Below are positions 51,201 through 57,442 of a stretch of DNA of 64,000 bases, piece by piece. The notes under the pieces are model-generated. The model ran no database searches, was not told the origin of the DNA, and saw only the letters and a list, made by a program, of their open reading frames with translations. Origin of the DNA: a virus; IMG/VR virus record IMGVR_UViG_3300024324_000009, positions 1 through 64,000 of that record. One strand, 5' to 3'. How positions within the stretch are numbered: position 1 is the first letter of the stretch; every line of letters starts with the position of its first letter. Both the position numbers and the translations under genes were made by a program.

Positions 51201-52813
51201 AACAAGACAAAGTAGGAGCAGAGGCATACTTAGCTAAATTAAAAGATGCAAAAAACGCTGTGAAAAATAGGAACTACGAGGCCCAACTCGCCAAGCTAGA
51301 CCCTGACCAAAGAATGGAGTCTACGTTAGTACAGCTACTTGCTGAAGAAACACCTATACTTAATGGATACTTAAAAGGTATTAATTTTTATAGAGATGGT
51401 AATGTAGACAAACTGGGAGGAGGCGAACCACCTAATGCAGGATGGACTCAAGGTTTTGCAGACATGGCTGGGGCTGTTGAGGGACGAAGTGACGTTCTGT
51501 TAAAGGCTGGCCAATCTGAACCACTCAGCGAAGGCAAACTGGATTATGGTAAAACATGGAAGTACTACGCGAGACTAATGAATGATGCTCAAAACCTTAG
51601 TGCCGATGCTACACCTGAACAAATAAAGGCTAGAGAAGGAAACATACAACAAGAGAGAGCAGTAGCAGACGCACAACAAGCAACAAACAATAAAAGATAT
51701 GATGCTGCTGTTAGGTTTGGTAAAGCGTTAGCTGGCACCCGTGTTCCTACAGATTCGCCAGTGGCTTGGGTAAAGTACCGTCAAGCACAACTGGAAAAGT
51801 TTAGAGTAAATGTTGCACAGGCTACAAATACAGAGCCAGACTATCCTGAAGCAAAAGATATTCCTGCTCTTAACGAGTCAGGTGTTACAAAAAACTGGGT
51901 AAATAGCATATTTAATTCAAAAGGTGAAGATTCAGTGGTTTCACAAAGAGGAGCGAAAGAACTCCTAAGATGGAAAGCTAAACAAAAAGGTGAGAATGCA
52001 GAAGCACTCCTTGGTCTTGCTAACGAAATAGACGGCAACGTAGGCTTTAATGATATTTACCCTTTTGATCGAGTAAACGACACAGAATTAGAAGCCGCTA
52101 CAGACCTACAAGGTATTCAAGCTATAACTGGTAGATTCAACAAATTTGTGTTAACCAGAAAAAATCTAGCGTTGCCTCTATTAGAAAGAAATTTAGAAAA
52201 TCTTTACAAAGGAGGCTTATGGACTCCAGAAAGAGGACTAGAAGAGAACTTAGGAGCATTGAATGCCTTAGACCCAAGACTAGACCAATCGGGTATAAGT
52301 AAAAAGATACAAAAATTTGGACCAAAAACTCAATATTATTCAGATGGTGGGTCGGTATTTACGCCCAGAGGTACGGATACAGTTCCTGCTATGTTAACAC
52401 CGGGAGAATACGTTGTTAATAGAAAGGCCGCTGCCCAAAACAGACCTTTATTAGAAGCTATAAACGGAAAACAAAGCAGAGCAAAAAATAGTCCATATTA
52501 CCATGATGGTGGAGATGTAACAGGAAATGGTGTAAATAATGTTGTAGTAGACACACAAGAAATTAGCAAGTTTGTTACCTCGTTTGACAGATTTGCTAAA
52601 GAATTGGCCTCATTAAATGTTCCTGAACAAATTACAATTCAGGGAACACACACTGTTGAAGTTAATGTAAATGGTGGACAAGTTCTTAATGACCTATTAA
52701 ATGGACCAATCGGTGATTTGGTAAGAACAGAAATTGCAAGTGCATTTGAACAACAGAATCAAGACTCAGAAGGAACCATACCTAACCCATTCAATCCAGC
52801 AACAAATCCATAG
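42236..52813 (+). CDS. Tape measure protein (3525 aa) with embedded cargo-like domains
   Basis: TP901-type TMP core (ELAKVQQVT...LSQAG...SVRQTTRESAETIGTGLKTI.TRL...GGFRQ); Ala-rich coiled regions; hydrophobic segments; four DTVPAMLTPGE[F/Y]V modules; AGGAG RBS. Confidence 0.9.
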   Translation: MASFDITAQINLRGPSNVKQIAADIRRQLSNIKSTVNLKLDPKTVQNVAIVNKNFRALNATLAASKGNINAVSTAFNNLNKSMASLSTSSKNAANSVKSVATAAKTATAATQSLQKGAQSAGTAASNLGAEVASGARKFLVFSGVSTLINAVTSSIAQGVGAFVEYERELAKVQQVTNATSGGLSKLSKDIQEAAVSTGAAATELAKVSVVLSQAGLSARETSEALQTLAKTTLAPTFGDITDTTEGAIAILRQFKLETSELETALGSINAVAGAFAVSASDIITAVKQAGAVFASSSQGVSEGTDALNEFIAVFTSVRQTTRESAETIGTGLKTIVTRLQRLDTIQSLKQFGIQLTDLEGKFVGPFEAIKRLSEGLQAFDPRDVRFGAIIEELGGFRQVGKVIPLIQQFAVAQEALNVAREGGTSITDQQIIAERTLSVQLQKTAANFQAFITGVAESDAFQGITKGLLGFVNALISLADILKDVIPVLAALAANAAIPAIAQFAGGFGAKLLGKNKGGAVPHHFARGGYVPGSGDRDTVPAMLTPGEFVIRKKAVQAIGTDKLSAMNGGQGAAIATQAKNKGGMIQHFAEGGTVSVDYAKKKPSASKERELIGNNLVQSVNSLASYYDPESKQLSSRKSPKNLPNYAGIVGGIFESAVELVAGQSDKQKNEAVWDYPSGIGSTDLFNNVPGLGVPTDAKKSATTATVRKKLKAHYRNAQGTDLNRKKFGIVAFGKGEDYEYQFDPEAIKQEVAPQRAAKAQKANRGGLIQHFQDGDLVVAGSGRVTQKDIKEATSGQLNSALQNPKVNAKSRAAIQNELQQRETANNATNVAVVGILPLGYSKDYPPQPLGGENVKISSRGLPKAKEEAFLNIAEGLRGVVQTAAVEIGGSAKPLTPEQEKSTGLENVQGTIFEAVLSALGATGGSIQNQSMDYANGLGPAASLYPGIGPDWPTEVKRDVTGPGFTRSKKNIANFYSAQKFAEGGKVKSKGGLGIKTTGGNTITSVFEDGQSSSGEVVAKSIGQNLFAVLSSQVSGGGGRALYDSAMKQATSQGGSLTSDRSRVSSSALSRIWTTYFNKGTSKDGKKVSKKPVPDNMLYTGAFFDESDYPSPNPASWQGQAVPLQYAYKQFADGGAASGGDTVPAMLTPGEFVINKKAAKSIGLSKLREMNYADKIRGYAKGGPVGGVQYFDNGDTVDPLSQSGGVNPCCPDELKAANTNAKTAKKMEDAADSMNEAGEKQEEAADEMSTGQAIFLAFIGPAIEQGIKKAFPNSRVAAATGEGIQQGAATYQTSSALLGTIGKVLGKFPGVVGKAGKLITASAKGIAVVLGALSFGIGARSGYIQKSIELLSQEIETGAKDTAKAIKNFNDLLLDPNISTETLGKSLGELSNKINDLNTVRGEKAAVEIQQLQPYLPYFESNDDKQFRQASERNIEREAFETGAQDALTSLEAALQNGKKLGDIFDNMSKKEAQGLKKAIAFQDKAIREQIKALEKQRDATEEGTPEREALNEQIAVAIDTGYVENAQRLKIIAQLKEAERAVEENRRRLVNSSTSLEKYVEAFGTAIAIAGNNFQVASLEAKSFADGFAGVDLQNLFAAQITTLENPRAFNDAENAISLDPLKGVLGDNAKVFAALVQLPNRLEDAINSAAAGAAGQDSENVGRAISAAISGNLGEFEGTALGDALVGSLTEQIEKASKGGKGTADTTAIIDSSTDIVRKTSENFTKAAVEALKLIREAGVQVASFAQVAETSFKKFNRGLLLAAQGTTRLNQDIDRLVSGRNDPRSISDINARTTGAARSEVSGVAQFIQQNADAQKQLIDLQSRSLQAQMEGAQSFNQNVTEIGRVKAEIIGLRQQTENLRTALTDKLGELKNELSNRLSELKEQSAASRSLIDSVFSDEQGANESFDAAMRLANGDASGISSGPEALKVLKEISRLQQAGLIPDDPKVIENAYKRAAKAAGIQFSPEGLKVFKQAFANPEDDSEVKAYVKELRATNAEINQLTNVLNLQELQNSNDALIASQTALTKVMSDLPETINTIAEKIQASGLKAPIEVLEAGNIKVSKADRVDIRDTLGASQALPTTKAVGGIIYRSTGGEGPASSVSTGPGSNINWAPRGSDTVPAMLTPGEYVVNAQATKANRGLLENINSGKGKKVQPIYRASGGPTDTSERGWIDYFDEQTQSGRGFLESIYSFGGVTKVWPDIATKLGGLGDTLGSWYGSAKDTVNSGLASQFTKFGNYKGQILPKYIIEAIKTGTITETKGLASVPKKAWSNLIPRIINNVGNTKLAQDLTKWGGSKWAKASPTLNTAVQAEKYADDIAPSVFKKTFPKIMKSQFAKGTFKNLPIAEWAVSGLLASRNRWSELERKGGSTNQMVMSSLAEFLAGGTAGAPTDSSGYSGIASAGIDNASRLFSNIYAGFQRGGPQGAVAAGLVTVGAMGIRLAEETRGWRLDAIQEMGSFQDLRANEKAGAKSAKQQERDRIKDFKEAGVKDLEYLDSQIDILGLTQFKRAQRYGGFQADKDFYGSDNNPYLDMDIDTEAVKSREYNEWVQQYWNGKVNSSAFMSNKGEMRLIEFDPALIPEIQKASFRSGNVFENRYSDDTIQKAYNKVASQENKKKTVELKSLGGKAVGVYPNAEAYDGSYPKSLDSLTQSIDDRSESIYQNTQGVKQPDGTRDETQTGFNNIYSKDTVLRDIDDELATKMLASNTFFNRIPRDLTTNDKQAFEDSKRYTQDVTEIAKRYTAREEELKQIAREERDAQAKAEADRAKEKVDANAATQTKISNISAFATSGKEGLKDLGYKEFYPYIDKSSEINKLQADSIKMRGKLNAQAAGPTLNLGQYVDFEYGKLGKDANTLLKSQEAIQIPTDVAAAVAEYRKNYVQSSPLYEKGIKRFADSITEWEFNQEEPNIAAAIRRSIFTGQQINPGVIASLTANNEASDPDLAVQMGYDGDIDTAVQQFTKDREQAEVGKVRPVGGTVYEQDKVGAEAYLAKLKDAKNAVKNRNYEAQLAKLDPDQRMESTLVQLLAEETPILNGYLKGINFYRDGNVDKLGGGEPPNAGWTQGFADMAGAVEGRSDVLLKAGQSEPLSEGKLDYGKTWKYYARLMNDAQNLSADATPEQIKAREGNIQQERAVADAQQATNNKRYDAAVRFGKALAGTRVPTDSPVAWVKYRQAQLEKFRVNVAQATNTEPDYPEAKDIPALNESGVTKNWVNSIFNSKGEDSVVSQRGAKELLRWKAKQKGENAEALLGLANEIDGNVGFNDIYPFDRVNDTELEAATDLQGIQAITGRFNKFVLTRKNLALPLLERNLENLYKGGLWTPERGLEENLGALNALDPRLDQSGISKKIQKFGPKTQYYSDGGSVFTPRGTDTVPAMLTPGEYVVNRKAAAQNRPLLEAINGKQSRAKNSPYYHDGGDVTGNGVNNVVVDTQEISKFVTSFDRFAKELASLNVPEQITIQGTHTVEVNVNGGQVLNDLLNGPIGDLVRTEIASAFEQQNQDSEGTIPNPFNPATNP
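43850..52414 (+). repeat. Four DTVPAMLTPGE[F/Y]V modules (43850-43888, 45662-45700, 48608-48646, 52376-52414)
   Basis: The 13-aa core is identical except F/Y, with synonymous DNA divergence; each copy is flanked by [F/Y]xxGG-type motifs. Confidence 0.95.
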
Positions 52814-52823
52814 GAGCCTTAAC

Positions 52824-55800
52824 ATGGCAGATGAATTTACAACAGGTAATTTATACTTAGGTTCTGGTACAAGTGTATCGGATACAGAATTTGATATAAG
52901 GCTCTCTACCGAAGAAGGTATTTCTACATTATTTAATGCTAGTGGCAACGATATAGATTTTCGTGTAAATGCATCGGGTAGAGTAGGTATACACGTAGAT
53001 GCAGACACAGGACGAGTTGGTATAGGTACTGGACAAAATATTGGGGCAGCACTTCATGTAGTAAGTCAATGTCCTAATGATGGATTAAGAGTAGAGACCA
53101 GAACAGATTGTCCTACTGGTGTTCAGATAGAATTTATTCACCGTCCAATGACCGCACCTGAGAACAACTCCATTCCTGTACAAATTAATCTTGCTGGTAG
53201 AAATGACAATTCAGAAGACGTAAATTATGCTAGAATTATCAGTAAGGCTCTAAACACTAGCAATGGTAGCGAAGTAGGCGAACTTATTTTTACTGTGGCT
53301 TCAGGAGATACTGACTTTCCTGCACTGGTTCTTAATCCTTTTACTAGTTCCATCGGAACAGACAATTTAAATTCTGGCAACAACTACTTATTTATAGGCA
53401 ATAATAATTATGTTTCTGGAGATAACTTTGTTGTAATTGGGAATAACAATACGGGAGTAATAACAAACGGTATTTTAATAGGTATTGATAACTCTGTTTC
53501 TGGGGAAAGAGTACTTATTGTCGCAGATAATACTGTAGTTTCTGGAGATCAGAACATTGTCTTCGCTTTAGATAGCGAAATTTATGGTGACTCTAATCTA
53601 GTTATGACAGAAAATGTACTTTCTACTGGTGATCAGAATATAGTTCTTGGTCACAGCTACAATACAACTGGAGATTTTAATATTCTTTTATTGAATGATT
53701 CAGATCAAGTTGGCAGTAGTGGTGTTGGTTTTGGTAACCAAGTATCTAATTCTGGACAACGAAATGTTTACGTAGGTAACTTTAACACACTACAAGGAGA
53801 CGATTGTGTTGTTATTGGTTCAGAAGTAGAAGTTACTGGCAACAACAATATCCTTTACGGTTCTACTTCCTCACTTAGTGGAACAAGCATTATATCTATT
53901 GGTGCAGGAAATGACGTTCTTGATATTAATAGTGGTGTGTTCATTGGTTCTAATATTGACTTAGTGGATGGTGAGAAATCAGTCATTGTAGGACTTGGCA
54001 ACATAACTCAAAATGGTTTAACTGATAGTATTATTATAGGTATTGAGAATACGACCACTAATGGCAGTCCTACTGGTGTTATAGTTATCGGTCAAGACAA
54101 TAAGGTTTCTGTAGTTAAAAATACTACAATAATCGGTAACTCTAATGAGGCTAGCGGAACAGTCCTAAATAATGTAGTTTACGGAACTCTTAATTCAACT
54201 CCGTTAGACAGTCGCAACAATGTAATCGTTGGTGTTATGAATAACACTAGTGGTAATATTCTTAGCGATGGCACTGTAGACCCCAGTGGTCGTTTACCAG
54301 ACAGTACTATGGTTAATAGCATTACTTATGGTGTGAATAATATCGTAAGTGAAATTAGCGGAACTAATATAGTAGGTAGTAAAACCTATGCTTCTGGTCA
54401 GAATATTAACACTCACGGTTCTTTGAATCAGATCAAACAATCTAATGATGCTCAGATAATTGGACACTCCAATTTTATGGTTGGAGACAACAATACTATC
54501 GTAGGCAGCTATAATGATATAGTCGGCAATAATTCCGTGCTGGTATCTACATCGTCGCAGCGTCAATACGCCTTTGGCGATTCTAATATTTCTGTAGGTA
54601 ACAGTGAGGCAGTTATTAGCGGTATGACTATAGGTTTTGGTAATGATCTAGATGCCGTTAATGGCGTTATCTATGGTAGCGGCAACCAAATAGGATTGCG
54701 TAGACATATGTTTACCCTAGATAATGATGGTGCAGATGTTATTCTGGCTGTCAGGGGTGATCAAAGAGGAATTTATCTGCCGGGAAGTAAAATTATGTTG
54801 GCTGTACTTAACCCCGCCAACAAAGATGCTCCTATCGTGCTTAAAAGCATGAACGGGGTCAGCTATACTCCTAATGATGACACAACAAACATCACAATCA
54901 ATAGTCCTATCATTACGCCCACAGACGCCCCAAACTACGCGGTCAATGCATTCTTTGATGACCCCACCTATAACACTGGAGACAGGAGTGTAATTTCAGG
55001 CTGGATTATGCCTTACCAATCTGGCAACAGCACAGACCTTATCAACAATCCTTTATTCGGTTTTGGCTCCATAGTGCTTGGAACTAATAATACTTCAATG
55101 CACGCTCAAGGTATCGTTATAGGTCAAGGCAATGCCATATCAGGCACTAATCATGTGGCTATTGGTCAGAACCTAGAAGGCTTTTATAACAACGCTGTTC
55201 AGATAGGCAGCACCAACCTGAATAAACTTTACTTTGATAATTCAGAGATAGTATTTAACACAGGTGGACAACAAGACAGAGCAGTATTTAATACTAGTAT
55301 ATCTACCGTAGATGACGACCCTGTATCTATGGTTGTTGAGTACAACAACAATAGAGTAGGTATCAATAACGGCGACCCATCTAGCGAACTTGATGTTTCG
55401 GGTATTATTACTTCAAACGGTATCAAACTCTATGGAGAAAATTCTAACATCAGCGGTTGGATTCCTGTAAATACCGGAGATGGAACTGTCACATGGCAGG
55501 AGCCTACTACTTTATCTGGTATCAATAGCGGTATACTTATGAAGCATAGTGATACTGTAGCAACAGGATTATATAATGTATCATTCAATACTTCTACTCA
55601 ATCACTTGAATATAATCGTAGTGACACCATTAGAAATAATGAGTTCTTGTTTATTCCTAACCAAGACCAACTGTCTAACGCTGTTAGATTTTCAACAACT
55701 GGTATGTTTCTGAATGAAGACGGAACAAACAATATCAGAGACTATGGATATAGATTCTGCGTTTATGGTTCAGGGACTACAGACTCTAGTAACAATAGAG

Positions 55801-57419
55801 ATGGCACAATTAATGTTTATCTATTAAATACTATTAAAGAACGTAATGAAGTACAGATGACCAACTTTACTGGTGTTAGTGGAGCAATGAGAAACCTATG
55901 GGCAGATACCAGTATCAATGCTCCGGGTTCACTTACTGGTACGTTCTTATATGTAGACAATACAGACGATAACGCTTTACTGTCTAAGACAGTTCCGACT
56001 TTCTCTACTCTTTTTGCTATGCAAACGCACTGGCAGTCTGGTGATAGAGGCTTCAGATACTACCCTGAAGATTATGGTTATGTAGTAACTATCGGTTCTT
56101 CAGGAGGTGTTACTCAAGGTTTAGAAACCGGCTACGGAGATCAGTATAAATCTCCTAATGTTGTGCTTTCTAATTCAACAGCATATGGTTCAACTTTTAA
56201 TGCTGCTGGCATTTCACCTCATCCGTTTAGAGTAATTCAGTCTGGTCAACAAACAAATAATATTGGTATGCAGTATAGTTGTGCAAGTGGCATTTTGGGT
56301 CTTGGTGTTGGAGATGACACTCAGACAACTCTTGAAGGAACCACAATTAATCAGCAAGTAAAATGGGATGCCGCAACTTATGGTAATGCTAGGCTTATTG
56401 TAAACGGCAAGATAAGAACTTGTGGTTTGCAAATGACTACAACCGATGGCAGAATGGTTGGCACTAATGGAAATGGTAAGTATTTAAAAGTCAGCGACAT
56501 AAATGGAAACATAGAACTAGCTGACGTTGTTGTTACTCAAGAGTTCTTAGCCGATTGGCCCTTGGCTGCCAACACATTAAGTGATGGATCAAGAACGACT
56601 TATAAGATTGCTACAACAGGCACATCTAGTAGTATCTGGGGAGACAGTACTTTACCAGTAGAAGCAGCAGGTATTGGCTTGCACTGGAACGGTGCTGTTT
56701 GGGTACAAGGCTACAGTCACAGATTTGGTCAGCCACCTGCTAGTAATCTATCAGACACATATGCTGCTACTGGCGTAGCACTTGGTCCAGAGGCAACTTA
56801 CTTGAATACTAGACATCAGCACACTATCGCTGGTCAACCTATAGCTCCTCGCACCACTGTTCAAAGTAATGAGAACTGGAATGGTTCTGCACAAGAGACT
56901 TTGGTTCAGATGAAGGCTAGGACTATAAACAATGTTACAACAGAGTTGACAACTGATTTCAATAAAGAAAACGGTGGACCTTCTGCTACGATAGATAATA
57001 CTATTGCGTTAGTAATTAACGAAAAAGTTACTAGTGAAAACAATAAGAATGCAGTCTGGAGAGTAGAAATATCATGGACTGCCCTAGTGCAAGATGTTAG
57101 TTCCGCACTGTTTGAAGGAGCAAGTGGTAGATATAGCTTTGGAGTACTTAGTACAAAGCCGGGAGCAACCAGACAGAATATTATATTCGATGATGCTGAT
57201 GCATATTCTGTTGGAGAAAGTGCGGGTGGTAATATGTGGAGCAGTAGCAATCCTATTACTGCTGCTTTTGCCACGCAAGGTACAGACAGATTAACATTAA
57301 CTTGTCAAGGTGTTAGTGGTAAAAATATATTATGGTCTGCTCATGTAAGGTGTATACAACAACATCTACCAACTGATAGCCAAGGCAACGCTGTTAGTGT
57401 TGCTGGCAATGGTGTTTAG
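52824..57419 (+). CDS. Trimeric adhesin-like fibre (about 1,531 aa) with YadA-head-like beta-roll repeats
   Basis: Likely start is ATG 52824 (AGGAG RBS at 52812-52816). Long run of ~14-aa N...SG..N.[V/I][I/V]G..N repeats; GRVGIGT and NRVGIN...LDVSG fibre motifs. Confidence 0.75.
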   Translation: MADEFTTGNLYLGSGTSVSDTEFDIRLSTEEGISTLFNASGNDIDFRVNASGRVGIHVDADTGRVGIGTGQNIGAALHVVSQCPNDGLRVETRTDCPTGVQIEFIHRPMTAPENNSIPVQINLAGRNDNSEDVNYARIISKALNTSNGSEVGELIFTVASGDTDFPALVLNPFTSSIGTDNLNSGNNYLFIGNNNYVSGDNFVVIGNNNTGVITNGILIGIDNSVSGERVLIVADNTVVSGDQNIVFALDSEIYGDSNLVMTENVLSTGDQNIVLGHSYNTTGDFNILLLNDSDQVGSSGVGFGNQVSNSGQRNVYVGNFNTLQGDDCVVIGSEVEVTGNNNILYGSTSSLSGTSIISIGAGNDVLDINSGVFIGSNIDLVDGEKSVIVGLGNITQNGLTDSIIIGIENTTTNGSPTGVIVIGQDNKVSVVKNTTIIGNSNEASGTVLNNVVYGTLNSTPLDSRNNVIVGVMNNTSGNILSDGTVDPSGRLPDSTMVNSITYGVNNIVSEISGTNIVGSKTYASGQNINTHGSLNQIKQSNDAQIIGHSNFMVGDNNTIVGSYNDIVGNNSVLVSTSSQRQYAFGDSNISVGNSEAVISGMTIGFGNDLDAVNGVIYGSGNQIGLRRHMFTLDNDGADVILAVRGDQRGIYLPGSKIMLAVLNPANKDAPIVLKSMNGVSYTPNDDTTNITINSPIITPTDAPNYAVNAFFDDPTYNTGDRSVISGWIMPYQSGNSTDLINNPLFGFGSIVLGTNNTSMHAQGIVIGQGNAISGTNHVAIGQNLEGFYNNAVQIGSTNLNKLYFDNSEIVFNTGGQQDRAVFNTSISTVDDDPVSMVVEYNNNRVGINNGDPSSELDVSGIITSNGIKLYGENSNISGWIPVNTGDGTVTWQEPTTLSGINSGILMKHSDTVATGLYNVSFNTSTQSLEYNRSDTIRNNEFLFIPNQDQLSNAVRFSTTGMFLNEDGTNNIRDYGYRFCVYGSGTTDSSNNRDGTINVYLLNTIKERNEVQMTNFTGVSGAMRNLWADTSINAPGSLTGTFLYVDNTDDNALLSKTVPTFSTLFAMQTHWQSGDRGFRYYPEDYGYVVTIGSSGGVTQGLETGYGDQYKSPNVVLSNSTAYGSTFNAAGISPHPFRVIQSGQQTNNIGMQYSCASGILGLGVGDDTQTTLEGTTINQQVKWDAATYGNARLIVNGKIRTCGLQMTTTDGRMVGTNGNGKYLKVSDINGNIELADVVVTQEFLADWPLAANTLSDGSRTTYKIATTGTSSSIWGDSTLPVEAAGIGLHWNGAVWVQGYSHRFGQPPASNLSDTYAATGVALGPEATYLNTRHQHTIAGQPIAPRTTVQSNENWNGSAQETLVQMKARTINNVTTELTTDFNKENGGPSATIDNTIALVINEKVTSENNKNAVWRVEISWTALVQDVSSALFEGASGRYSFGVLSTKPGATRQNIIFDDADAYSVGESAGGNMWSSSNPITAAFATQGTDRLTLTCQGVSGKNILWSAHVRCIQQHLPTDSQGNAVSVAGNGV

Positions 57420-57442
57420 GACTTATAGGAAAGGATTTTTAA

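Noticed and set aside
14560-52823. Track start positions 14560, 36831, 38524 and 52734
   Set aside because: Downstream ATGs at 14575, 36843, 38620 and 52824 have stop-start overlaps or clear RBSs and avoid long overlaps.
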